A stretch of 64,000 nt of DNA. Source: Actinomycetes bacterium. GTDB taxonomy: Bacteria > Actinomycetota > Actinomycetes > S36-B12. The notes under the pieces were generated by a model. It searched no databases, was not told the origin of the DNA, and worked only from the letters and a program-made list of their open reading frames with translations. Positions within the stretch are counted from its first letter, which is position 1. Each line of letters opens with the position of its first letter. Location of the stretch: assembly GCA_965227045.1 (NCBI GenBank), contig OZ245718.1:65199-129198 (forward strand), read 5' to 3'. The translations under genes and the position numbers were made by a program. This document shows, one piece after another, positions 28,107-39,851 of this stretch.

Positions 28107-29228
28107 ATGCGCGAATACCTGCTGTGCCTACTGGCCGCCGCCGCGGTCACGTACCTGCTGACCCCTCCGGTCCGCGCTCTGGCACTGCGGTTCAAGGTCA
28201 TGGCCCCGGTCCGCGACCGCGACGTCCACGATGAGCCGACCCCTCGGCTCGGTGGGCTCGCGATGGTCGGGGGACTGCTCGCGGGACTTCTTCTCGCCAG
28301 CAAACTGCCGATGATGCGGGCCGTCTTCGACGGCAGCAACACGGCGATCGCCCTGCTCTCGGGGGTCGCGGTGATCGTGGCGCTCGGCATCGTCGACGAC
28401 AAGTGGGGCTTGGACGCGCCGACGAAACTGGCCGGACAGGTCCTCGCCGCAGGCGTCATGGCATTCCAGGGGATCGCGGTGATCTGGCTGCCGATCGGCG
28501 GCACGTTCGTCCTCGACCCGATCACGAGCGTGCTCTTCACCGTGATCATCGTCCTGGTCAGCATCAACGCCATCAACTTCGTCGACGGCCTCGACGGCCT
28601 TGCTGGTGGGATCGTTGCTGTTGCCGCCGGCGCGTTCTTCGCCTACTCCTACCTGCTCTCCGTCGAGTTGGGCTTCGAGCGCGCCACCCTCGCGACGCTC
28701 GTGTCCGCGCTCCTCGTCGGGATGTGCCTCGGCTTCCTGCCCAACAACTTCTGGCCCGCACGGATCTTCATGGGCGACACCGGGTCGATGATGCTCGGCC
28801 TCCTGCTGGCCGCAGGCACGATCACGTTGTCGGGCCAGGTCGATCCGAGTGCGGTCGCGGGAGGCACCCTGCTGCCCACCCTCCTGCCGATCCTGCTGCC
28901 CGTCGCCGTCCTCGCCGTGCCGCTCATCGACCTGCTGCTCGCTGTGATTCGGCGCACACGTGCGGGGCGCAATCCATTCGCTCCGGACAAGCAGCACCTG
29001 CATCACCGACTCCTGGAGATGGGACATTCGCAGAGGCGGGCGGTTCTGGTCATGTACGCGTGGACCGGCCTGCTTGCGGGAACCGCTGTGGCAGTGGCGT
29101 TTGTGCCCGGTATCTACGCCGCGATCGGCTTCGTCATCGGCCTAGCGCTGCTGATACTGCTCGTGCGGAGACCGGGCAAGCAGCCGACCGCCGAAGTCCG
29201 CACGCTGAGGACCGGGACCCGCGGCTGA
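28107..29228 (+). CDS. wecA: Undecaprenyl-phosphate GlcNAc-1-phosphate transferase (WecA/Rfe, MraY family)
   Basis: Polytopic membrane protein with NAINFVDGLDGLAGG and FMGDTGSM motifs. It occupies the conserved position upstream of the atp operon. Confidence 0.88.
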   Translation: MREYLLCLLAAAAVTYLLTPPVRALALRFKVMAPVRDRDVHDEPTPRLGGLAMVGGLLAGLLLASKLPMMRAVFDGSNTAIALLSGVAVIVALGIVDDKWGLDAPTKLAGQVLAAGVMAFQGIAVIWLPIGGTFVLDPITSVLFTVIIVLVSINAINFVDGLDGLAGGIVAVAAGAFFAYSYLLSVELGFERATLATLVSALLVGMCLGFLPNNFWPARIFMGDTGSMMLGLLLAAGTITLSGQVDPSAVAGGTLLPTLLPILLPVAVLAVPLIDLLLAVIRRTRAGRNPFAPDKQHLHHRLLEMGHSQRRAVLVMYAWTGLLAGTAVAVAFVPGIYAAIGFVIGLALLILLVRRPGKQPTAEVRTLRTGTRG

Positions 29229-29282
29229 CCGCTGTCCGGGTGCACATTTGGGGGTCGAGTCCCCTTGCGATAACGTGAATTC

Positions 29283-29687
29283 GTGCCCTCCGTCGACTCC
29301 CAAGTGCTGAGCCGCGCGGGCGTTCTCACCTTCATCGTCGGAGTCGTCGCCACGATCATCGGTGGCCTCGTCGCAGGCAGCCAGGGAGTGATCGGCGGAG
29401 CGCTGGGAACGGTCCTCGTCATCGTCTTCTTCAGCGTCGGTCAGTTGATTCTCGGCTCGGTGCTGAAGAACAACCCGCAGATCGCATTGATGGTCGCGAT
29501 GGCGCTGTACATCGTCAAGATCGGCGTACTGCTGATCCTCCTGGTCGTGCTGCAGCACGCCACCTTCTTCGCCCCCAGGGTGTTCGCCGCAACGATCGTC
29601 GCGTGCACGATCACCTGGACGTTCGTGGAGGTCTGGTACTACTCGCGGACGAAGGTTCTGTACGTGGAGCCGGAGGTCCGCAGATGA
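29283..29687 (+). CDS. Small 4-TM membrane protein upstream of the atp operon (AtpI-like)
   Basis: 134 aa and hydrophobic. It occupies the position of actinobacterial atpI. The family call is tentative. Confidence 0.6.
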   Translation: MPSVDSQVLSRAGVLTFIVGVVATIIGGLVAGSQGVIGGALGTVLVIVFFSVGQLILGSVLKNNPQIALMVAMALYIVKIGVLLILLVVLQHATFFAPRVFAATIVACTITWTFVEVWYYSRTKVLYVEPEVRR

Positions 29688-30004
29688 GCGCCCCCCGCAC
29701 CTATCGAGCGCGTTCTGGATGGTACGGTTCGGGCGCGCGCAGGCGAGCAGTCACGCTTGAAGATTCACGCACGATGGGTGACTCCGCCTGGGCGAACAGC
29801 AGTCGTTTGATGGCGGGCCTGATCCTCTACACCTTCCTGGGTTGGTTGGCGTCGCGGTGGTTGGGTCACCAACAACTGTTGATGGCGCTCGGGGCGATGT
29901 TCGGACTCGCGCTGTCTTTCTACCTGATGTTCGTGAGCCTCGCCCGAGAGACTCGCGACCACGAAGCACGAATGCGCGGCACGGAGGAGCCTGGTGGGAT
30001 CTGA
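29684..30004 (+). CDS. AtpZ/AtpI family small membrane protein
   Basis: ATGA start/stop overlap with the preceding gene. Two TM segments (LMAGLILYTFLGWLASRWL, LMALGAMFGLALSFYLMFV). An internal start at MGDSAW is also possible. Confidence 0.55.
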   Translation: MSAPRTYRARSGWYGSGARRRAVTLEDSRTMGDSAWANSSRLMAGLILYTFLGWLASRWLGHQQLLMALGAMFGLALSFYLMFVSLARETRDHEARMRGTEEPGGI

Positions 30005-30821
30005 CGCGATACTCGCTTCTGGTGGGCTTGATTGCCACCTGATGTCCGGCTGTGGTTTTCCCGCGCCCGGAGCAGAGATCTTCCAGTTCGATGCGATCTT
30101 CACGTTCACGCTGGGCAATCTGACCTTCAACATCACGAAGGTCACCTGCATCCTCGTGCTGTGCGTGGTTCTCATCCTCGGCTTCTTCATCTACGCGTTC
30201 CGCAAGCCCAAGCTCGTGCCTCGCGGCGCGCAGAACGTCGGCGAGATGGGCTATCTGTTCATCCGAGATGGCATCGCGCGCGAGTCGATGGGCAAGGACG
30301 GCGACAAGTTCGTCCCCTTCCTCTTCTCCTTCTTCTTCCTGGTGTGGCTGAGCAACTTCATGGGCATCGTGCCCTTCGCGCAGATCCCGGTCACGTCGAT
30401 CTTCGCGATCCCGGTGGCCTTCGCGCTGATCGTGTTCGTCACCTGGGTTCCGCTGGGCATCTACAAGCAGGGCTTCGGCGGCTTCTTCAAGGGCATGCTG
30501 TTCCCGCCCGGCGTTCCCAAGGCGATGTACGTCCTGCTGACGCCCTTGGAGTTCTTGTCCAACATCATCGTTCGCCCGGCCACGCATGCCATTCGTCTGT
30601 TCGCCAACATGTTCGCCGGGCACCTGCTGATCGCGTCGTTCTCGGTGGCCGCGTTCTATCTCATCAGCGCCAGCGTGATCGGCATCCTCGGCTCGGCCGC
30701 CTCGTTCGTCGTGGCGATTGCCCTGACCGGCTTCGAGGCCCTGATCCAGGCGCTGCAGGCCTACATCTTCACCCTGCTTGCTGCTGTGTACCTCAGCGGC
30801 GCTCTGAAGGCCGATCACTGA
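29994..30821 (+). CDS. atpB: F0F1 ATP synthase subunit a
   Basis: It has the conserved Arg context HAIRLFANMFAGH. The ORF opens at 29994; the ATG at 30042 is an alternative start. Confidence 0.92.
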   Translation: MGSDAILASGGLDCHLMSGCGFPAPGAEIFQFDAIFTFTLGNLTFNITKVTCILVLCVVLILGFFIYAFRKPKLVPRGAQNVGEMGYLFIRDGIARESMGKDGDKFVPFLFSFFFLVWLSNFMGIVPFAQIPVTSIFAIPVAFALIVFVTWVPLGIYKQGFGGFFKGMLFPPGVPKAMYVLLTPLEFLSNIIVRPATHAIRLFANMFAGHLLIASFSVAAFYLISASVIGILGSAASFVVAIALTGFEALIQALQAYIFTLLAAVYLSGALKADH

Positions 30822-30844
30822 TCGGTCGCTCGACCCACAACTGA

Positions 30845-31141
<297 letters not shown>

Positions 31142-31149
31142 CCCTCGCC

Positions 31150-31716
31150 ATGAGCATGCTTTCCATCGTGAGTACGGCGGTCCTCGCTGCCACTGAAGGC
31201 ACCGAGGAGATGCCGTCGGTTCTTGACGTCCCGATCGACGAGCTGATCATCGGCATCATCGCCTTCATCGTCGTGTTCGGTGGCCTCGCCAAGTTCGCAC
31301 TGCCGAACATCAAGAAGACCCTCGAGGAGCGCACGAACACCATCGAGGGCGGCATCCAGCGTGCTGCCGATGCCCAGGCCGAGGCGCAGACACTGCTCGA
31401 GCAGTACCGCGCGCAGCTGGCCCAGGCTCGCGAGGAGGCCTCGGCCATCCGCACGCAGGCCCAGGCCGACCGCGCAGCGCTGATCGAGGAAGCCCGCAAC
31501 GAGGCCAGGACGGCCGCACTGCAGGTGACTGCGGCAGCCGAAGCGCAACTGGCGACCGACCGCTCGCAGGCGACCGCCGCATTGACGCGGCAGGTCGGCG
31601 AGCTCGCGGTCGGGCTCGCAGGCAAGGTCGTCGGCCAGTCGCTGACGGACGACGCGCGCGTGCGCGCCACCGTCGACGCGTTCCTCGATGACCTCGAGCA
31701 GCAGGTGGCGAACTGA
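31150..31716 (+). CDS. atpF: F0F1 ATP synthase subunit b
   Basis: One N-terminal TM segment followed by a long Ala/Glu/Arg-rich helix. Placed by operon position. Confidence 0.9.
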   Translation: MSMLSIVSTAVLAATEGTEEMPSVLDVPIDELIIGIIAFIVVFGGLAKFALPNIKKTLEERTNTIEGGIQRAADAQAEAQTLLEQYRAQLAQAREEASAIRTQAQADRAALIEEARNEARTAALQVTAAAEAQLATDRSQATAALTRQVGELAVGLAGKVVGQSLTDDARVRATVDAFLDDLEQQVAN

Positions 31717-32525
31717 TGCTTGGATCAAGTCGCGAAAGCCTCGCCGCCTGCCAGGAGGGCCTCGACGCCCTCCGGCAGGATGCTGACTTCGGGCAGGTGG
31801 CCGCAGATCTGTTCGCTGCTGCCGGACTGCTCGACGTCGAGGGGCAGTTGCGCAACACGCTGGCCGACTCCGGCCAGCCGGCAGCCGTCCGCGAGGGCCT
31901 CGTCCGGCAGATCTTCGCCGACCGGATCGGCGACCTCGCCGTGACCGTGCTGGTCATGGCGACGGCACGTCGCTGGTCCTCCGATCTCGACCTCGTGCTC
32001 GCGATCGAACTGCTGGCAGATCAGGCCGCCTTCACGGTCGCCGAGGCCAACGGATCGCTCGACACGACCGAGGAGGAGCTCTTCCTCTTCAGCCGAGCAC
32101 TGGACTCCTCGCCGGCGCTGCAGATGGCGCTGACCGATCCCTCCCAGTCGGTGCAGACCAAGGCCGCGATCGTGCGCGATCTGCTCGGCGGACGCGCGAG
32201 CGCCACGACCGACCAGGTGCTGCAGTACGCGGTCGGTCACCTGCACGGGCGTCGGATCGACGCCGTCGTCGAGGACCTCGGCAACCTGGCAGCCACCCAG
32301 CGCGAACGGGTGGTCGCGGAGGTTCGTGTCGCCGCACCCCTCGACGCTGCGCAGGAGGCACGCCTGGCCGAGCTGCTCGGCCGGCTCAAGGGCCGCACCG
32401 TGCAATTGAACGTCGCTGTGGACCCCTCGGTTCTCGGGGGCGTCCACGTCAAGATCGGCGACGAGGTCATCGACGGCACCATCGCTTCACGCTTGGAGCA
32501 GGCCCGCCGGGCCGTCCTCGGCTAG
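31716..32525 (+). CDS. atpH: F0F1 ATP synthase subunit delta
   Basis: 269 aa. The ATG overlaps the atpF stop. It has an OSCP-like C-terminal region ([20 protein letters not shown]). Confidence 0.9.
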   Translation: MLGSSRESLAACQEGLDALRQDADFGQVAADLFAAAGLLDVEGQLRNTLADSGQPAAVREGLVRQIFADRIGDLAVTVLVMATARRWSSDLDLVLAIELLADQAAFTVAEANGSLDTTEEELFLFSRALDSSPALQMALTDPSQSVQTKAAIVRDLLGGRASATTDQVLQYAVGHLHGRRIDAVVEDLGNLAATQRERVVAEVRVAAPLDAAQEARLAELLGRLKGRTVQLNVAVDPSVLGGVHVKIGDEVIDGTIASRLEQARRAVLG

Positions 32526-32590
32526 TAACCAGACTCAAAGAAACCGACAGACACCCGCTCCCCGCGGGCCGAGAAAGAGAGCAGGACACC

Positions 32591-34225
32591 ATGACGGAGC
32601 TGACGATCCGACCGGAAGAGATCCGGGATGCGATCGAGCGGAACGTCGCGGCGTACTCGCCGGAGACCGCCCGTGAAGAGGTTGGTCGCGTCACCGAGAC
32701 CGGTGACGGCATTGCGCGCGTGGAGGGTCTCCACTCGGCGATGACCAACGAGTTGCTGGAGTTCGAGGGCGGCCTGCTTGGCCTGGCCCTCAACCTCGAC
32801 ATCCGCGAGATCGGCGTTGTCCTGCTCGGCGATGGAGCCGCGGTCGAGGAGGGCCAGCCCGTTCGTCGAACCGGCGAGGTGCTCTCCGTCCCCGTAGGCG
32901 ACGCCTTCCTCGGTCGCGTCGTCGATCCGCTGGGCAACCCGATCGATGGCCTCGGCCCGATCGTGGCCGAGACGCGTCGTCCGCTCGAGGTCCAGGCACC
33001 CACGGTCGTCCAGCGCCAGCCGGTCAAGGAAGCCATGCAGACCGGGATCAAGGCCATCGACGCCATGACCGCCATCGGCCGTGGCCAGCGTCAGTTGATC
33101 ATCGGTGACCGCCAGACCGGCAAGACCGCCGTCTGCCTGGACACGATCCTCAACCAGAAGGCGAACTGGGAGACCGGCGACCCGAACAAGCAGGTCCGCT
33201 GCATCTACGTCGCGATCGGCCAGAAGGGCTCGACGATCGCGTCGGTCAAGGGCGCGCTCGAGGAGTACGGCGCGATGGAGTACACGACCATCGTGGCGTC
33301 TCCCGCCTCCGACCCCGCCGGCTTCAAGTACCTGGCGCCGTACACCGGGTCGGCCATCGGCCAGCACTGGATGTACGCAGGCAAGCACGTCCTCATCGTG
33401 TTCGACGACCTGTCCAAGCAGGCCGAGGCCTACCGCGCCGTGTCGCTTCTCCTGCGCCGTCCGCCGGGCCGCGAGGCCTACCCGGGCGACGTCTTCTACT
33501 TGCACAGCCGTCTCCTCGAGCGCTGCGCGAAGCTGTCCGACGAGCTCGGCGGCGGCTCGATGACCGGCCTGCCGATCATCGAGACCAAGGCAAATGACGT
33601 GTCGGCATACATCCCGACCAACGTCATCTCGATCACCGACGGCCAGTGCTTCCTGGAGTCCGATCTCTTCAACTCCGGCGTCCGCCCGGCTATCAACGTC
33701 GGCATCTCGGTGTCGCGCGTCGGTGGTTCGGCCCAGCCGAAGGCGATGCGCAAGGTTGCCGGCCGTCTGCGCCTCAACCTGGCGCAGTTCCGCGAGCTCG
33801 AGGCCTTCTCGGCCTTCGGCTCGGACCTCGACGCGGCGTCCAAGGCGCAACTCGAGCGCGGTGCGCGCCTAGTCGAGCTGCTCAAGCAGCCGCAGTACCA
33901 GCCGCAGTCGATGGAGCGCGAGGTCGTCTCGGTCTGGTCGGGCACGACAGGTCAGCTCGACGACGTTCCGCTCGAGGACATTCGCCGCTTCGACAGCGAG
34001 TTCCTTGACTACGTCGTCCGCTCGCACCCCGAGGTCTTCGACGCCATTCGCACGACCACGGACCTGTCCGACGACACGGTCTCGGTCCTGGAGAAGGCGA
34101 TCGGCGACTTCAAGAAGCAGTACACGACGATCGCCGGAACTCTGCTGGTCAACGATGAGCCAGTGGCCGCAGTGGCCGACGAGGACATCGACCCCACGCA
34201 GATCAAGCGGGCGGTGCGGGGCTAA
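32591..34225 (+). CDS. atpA: F0F1 ATP synthase subunit alpha
   Basis: Walker A GDRQTGKT. 544 aa. Confidence 0.97.
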   Translation: MTELTIRPEEIRDAIERNVAAYSPETAREEVGRVTETGDGIARVEGLHSAMTNELLEFEGGLLGLALNLDIREIGVVLLGDGAAVEEGQPVRRTGEVLSVPVGDAFLGRVVDPLGNPIDGLGPIVAETRRPLEVQAPTVVQRQPVKEAMQTGIKAIDAMTAIGRGQRQLIIGDRQTGKTAVCLDTILNQKANWETGDPNKQVRCIYVAIGQKGSTIASVKGALEEYGAMEYTTIVASPASDPAGFKYLAPYTGSAIGQHWMYAGKHVLIVFDDLSKQAEAYRAVSLLLRRPPGREAYPGDVFYLHSRLLERCAKLSDELGGGSMTGLPIIETKANDVSAYIPTNVISITDGQCFLESDLFNSGVRPAINVGISVSRVGGSAQPKAMRKVAGRLRLNLAQFRELEAFSAFGSDLDAASKAQLERGARLVELLKQPQYQPQSMEREVVSVWSGTTGQLDDVPLEDIRRFDSEFLDYVVRSHPEVFDAIRTTTDLSDDTVSVLEKAIGDFKKQYTTIAGTLLVNDEPVAAVADEDIDPTQIKRAVRG

Positions 34226-34230
34226 CCGAC

Positions 34231-36602
<2,372 letters not shown>

Positions 36603-36607
36603 CGCGC

Positions 36608-37024
36608 ATGGCTGACTCTGGCAAGGTCCTGACAGTGGCGGTCGTGTCCGCCGAGCGAGCCCTGTGGACGGGCACGGCGAAGAGTCTTGTCGCCAAGACC
36701 CCTGAGGGCGACATCGGCATCCTGCCCGGACACGAGCCGGTTCTGGCCCTCCTCGTCGAGAGCGCGCCGTTGCGCATCGAGGAGGAGGACGGCACCAAGC
36801 TCGTCGTCGCGGTCCACGGTGGCTTCTTCTCGGTCGCGGGCAATGACGTCAACGTCATCGCCGAGGTCGCCGAGCTCGCTTCGGACATCGACCTGGAACG
36901 TGCCAAGGAGTCGCTGGCGCGTCTTCAAGCCGGTGAGCAGTCCGAGGACGCCGAGTTCGCGATGCACCGGGCAGAGGTCCGGATCCAGGTCGCGGGACTG
37001 GCCAAGGGCATCACTGCTCGCTGA
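36608..37024 (+). CDS. atpC: F0F1 ATP synthase subunit epsilon
   Basis: 138 aa from MADSGKVLTVAVVSAE, with GILPGHEP. Last gene of the operon. Confidence 0.92.
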   Translation: MADSGKVLTVAVVSAERALWTGTAKSLVAKTPEGDIGILPGHEPVLALLVESAPLRIEEEDGTKLVVAVHGGFFSVAGNDVNVIAEVAELASDIDLERAKESLARLQAGEQSEDAEFAMHRAEVRIQVAGLAKGITAR

Positions 37025-37586
37025 GATCGCCCGACCACAGCACCTGCACGGTCAGCCGCTCCATGATGCGCATCCGTCGGCGACGGATCGATGCGCGCCA
37101 TGCCTGCATGGTGAACAGCTGCACGGGGAACCAGAGCATGACCCAGCTGGTGACGTTCAGTCCCTCGGCGACGGCGTCGACGACCAGATCGTCGTACTGG
37201 TCTCCGAGGTGCGCGACGAACTGCGACAGCGTCTGCAGAATCAGGAAGGCGATCACGCCGAACACGAACAAGCGGCGGCCGATCGCGCCGTCCGCCTCCG
37301 TGGATTCCACGTCCATCGTGTTCTGGACCTTCAGCCAGCGCCGCGCCGCAGTGGTGAGTTCCTCGCTGAGCCCATCGCGAACCTGGTCCGCTGGGAGAAC
37401 CACCTGCAACTCGATTTCCGTGTTCTTCGGCGGCATCCGCATGAGCAGCATGTCGCGGACGGTGTCCATCGCCGCCTGCGCGGTGTACTCGGTGTAGTCA
37501 GGTGACGTCGGGCTGACCGGATCCGGTGCGAACAGTTGCTCGGGGCGCTGGAGCCGGATGACGATATGCCGGACGCTGGGCATCAT
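37011..37586 (-). CDS. Hypothetical protein with a soluble N-terminal part and two C-terminal TM segments
   Basis: 191 aa from MMPSVRHIVIRL. It starts 4 nt after the stop of the adenosyltransferase gene on the same strand. Its 3' end overlaps atpC convergently by 14 bp. Confidence 0.55.
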   Translation of the reverse strand: MMPSVRHIVIRLQRPEQLFAPDPVSPTSPDYTEYTAQAAMDTVRDMLLMRMPPKNTEIELQVVLPADQVRDGLSEELTTAARRWLKVQNTMDVESTEADGAIGRRLFVFGVIAFLILQTLSQFVAHLGDQYDDLVVDAVAEGLNVTSWVMLWFPVQLFTMQAWRASIRRRRMRIMERLTVQVLWSGDLSEQ

Positions 37587-37590
37587 GCCC

Positions 37591-38166
37591 TCAGCGGTTG
37601 GCGCCTGGCTGCCAGAGGACATCGCCGCCAGCATCCTTGTTGGCGAGCCGCGCGAGGATGAACAGCAGGTCGCTGAGCCTGTTGAGGTATGTCGCGGTGA
37701 GCGGATTCATGCCCTCGCGGTACATGTCGAGCGCTGCCCACGTCGAGCGCTCGGCGCGACGTACAACTGTGCGGGCGACGTGAAGCTGTGCCGCCCCGAT
37801 CGTGCCGCCCGGGAGGACGAAGGAGCGCAGGGGGTCAAGGAGCGCGTTGTACTCATCGCACGCACTCTCGAGGCGCTCGACGTAGGCGGGCGTCACGCGC
37901 AGCGGCTCGTGAACCGGATTGTCGATGACCGGAGTGCACAGGTCAGCGCCGACATCGAAGAGGTCGTTCTGGATGGCAAGCAGCAGGACCGAGACCTCGG
38001 CACCGAACGTCGCGGTCGCGAGGGCCACGCCGACGGCGCAGTTGGCCTCGTCGACATCCGCGAACGCGATCAGGCGCGGGTCGTTCTTGCCGGTGCGACT
38101 CATGTCGCCGAGCGAGGTGGTTCCATCGTCGCCGGTTCGGGTGTAGATCCGCGTGAGATTGACCAT
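37591..38166 (-). CDS. ATP:cob(I)alamin adenosyltransferase, PduO type
   Basis: The N-terminal [15 protein letters not shown] is the signature of PduO-type ATR. 191 aa. Confidence 0.9.
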   Translation of the reverse strand: MVNLTRIYTRTGDDGTTSLGDMSRTGKNDPRLIAFADVDEANCAVGVALATATFGAEVSVLLLAIQNDLFDVGADLCTPVIDNPVHEPLRVTPAYVERLESACDEYNALLDPLRSFVLPGGTIGAAQLHVARTVVRRAERSTWAALDMYREGMNPLTATYLNRLSDLLFILARLANKDAGGDVLWQPGANR

Positions 38167-38210
38167 GCACCGACCCTACGCCACGAGCGCTCGGCTCGTA
38201 CGATGCCCGA

Positions 38211-39485
38211 ATGGAGGTTCTACGCGTCACCGGTGGCGTTCCGCTTCGGGGCGAGGTCTTCATCACCGGCGCCAAGAATTCCGTGCTCAAGCTGATGGCC
38301 GCCTCCCTGCTGGCCACGGGAACCACGACGATCAGCCGGGTGCCCGAGATCCTCGACGTGGAGATCATGGCCGAGCTGCTGCGGCGCCTTGGCTGCGACG
38401 TGGTTCACGACCTTGGTGCCGCGACGCTGGCAATCACCGTCCCCGAACGCCCTGACCATCGCGCGGACTACGACCTGGTGCGCCGGATGAGGGCATCGAT
38501 CTGCGTGCTCGGTCCGCTGGTCACTCGCGTCGGCGCCGCGGATGTCGCATTGCCGGGCGGCGACAACATCGGCTCGCGCGGACTCGACATGCACATCGAC
38601 GGACTGCGCCGGATGGGCGCCGACGTCACGAGTGAGCACGGATACCTGGTCGCGCACGCGCACGGGCGTCTCACCGGCGCGCGCGTCTGGCTGGACTTCC
38701 CCAGTGTCGGAGCGACCGAGACACTGCTCATGGCCGCGGTGCTGGCAGACGGCCAGACGGTCATCGACAACGCGGCTCGCGAGCCCGAGATCGTCGACAT
38801 CTGCACGATGCTGCAGTCGATGGGCGCGCAGATCGATGGCGTCGGGACATCGACCCTGACCATCGACGGCGTGGACGTCCTGCGGCCGGTGGCGCACGAG
38901 ACCGTTCCCGATCGCATCGTCGCCGGCACCTGGGCCGTCGCTGCCGTGATGACGCGCGGAGACATCACCGTGCGGCACGCGGAGGCCGAGCACCTCAGCC
39001 TTGCACTGGAGAAGCTCGTGCTCGCCGGGGCTGTGATCGAGGTGCTGGCCGACGGATTCCGCGTCTCGATGGACGAGCGCCCGAAGGCCGTCGACATCGT
39101 GACGCTTCCGTACCCGGGGTTCCCCACTGACCTGCAGCCGCAGTTCATCGCCCTCAACTCGATCTCCGAGGGTGCGGCCCTCGTCACGGAGAACATGTTC
39201 GAGGCTCGCTTTCGGTTCGTCCAGGAATTGGTCCGCCTCGGCGCTGACGTGCGGACGGATGGTCACCACGCGCTGGTGCGGGGGCTGCCGGTGCTGTCCG
39301 CCGCCCCCGTCGAGGCCACCGACATCCGCGCCGGCGCCGGGCTGGTGCTCGCCGGGCTTGTTGCCGAAGGAGAGACCACCGTCTACGGCGTCGGGCACAT
39401 CGATCGCGGCTACGCAGGCTTCGTCCCAGCGCTGCAGGGGCTCGGCGCCACCGTTCGTCGTGAGGTCGTCACCGACCGGACGTGA
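38211..39485 (+). CDS. murA: UDP-N-acetylglucosamine 1-carboxyvinyltransferase
   Basis: Contains [17 protein letters not shown]. The active-site loop reads [13 protein letters not shown], with Asp where E. coli has Cys115. This is the actinobacterial fosfomycin-insensitive type. Confidence 0.95.
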   Translation: MEVLRVTGGVPLRGEVFITGAKNSVLKLMAASLLATGTTTISRVPEILDVEIMAELLRRLGCDVVHDLGAATLAITVPERPDHRADYDLVRRMRASICVLGPLVTRVGAADVALPGGDNIGSRGLDMHIDGLRRMGADVTSEHGYLVAHAHGRLTGARVWLDFPSVGATETLLMAAVLADGQTVIDNAAREPEIVDICTMLQSMGAQIDGVGTSTLTIDGVDVLRPVAHETVPDRIVAGTWAVAAVMTRGDITVRHAEAEHLSLALEKLVLAGAVIEVLADGFRVSMDERPKAVDIVTLPYPGFPTDLQPQFIALNSISEGAALVTENMFEARFRFVQELVRLGADVRTDGHHALVRGLPVLSAAPVEATDIRAGAGLVLAGLVAEGETTVYGVGHIDRGYAGFVPALQGLGATVRREVVTDRT

Positions 39486-39795
39486 GCACCTGGCGGGCGC
39501 GGGCCTCGTCGGCCGGCCACACCATCACCCGCGGGCCGTCGAGCGTGGTCGCGAGGTTGGCGCGTACCCCGCGGTCCTCAAGGCGGCGTCTGAGGATCTC
39601 GCCCTCGACGTAGTTCGCGGGCGAGGCGACAGCGACGAGCAGCCCGTACTCCTTCGCACTGCCGGGCCGCGGGGGAGCCGCGACGACCGAGGATCCGCGG
39701 CGGAAGGTCCAGCGCAGGAGCAAGGCGAACACGCCGACGAGCACGATCGCGAGGATCGGGCCGTAGGCGAAGGAAAACGAGTTCCACGCTGGCAC
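39469..39795 (-). CDS. Small hypothetical protein with one N-terminal TM segment
   Basis: I took the GTG at 39795 (VPAWNSF...[14 protein letters not shown]) as the start; the ORF stays open to 39912. It is convergent with murA and overlaps it. Confidence 0.4.
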   Translation of the reverse strand: MPAWNSFSFAYGPILAIVLVGVFALLLRWTFRRGSSVVAAPPRPGSAKEYGLLVAVASPANYVEGEILRRRLEDRGVRANLATTLDGPRVMVWPADEARARQVLTSGR

Positions 39796-39851
39796 GACAC
39801 AATCCTGCAACCATTTGAGTCGGCGTGCGCGGCGGCCGGTAACCTTCGGCC

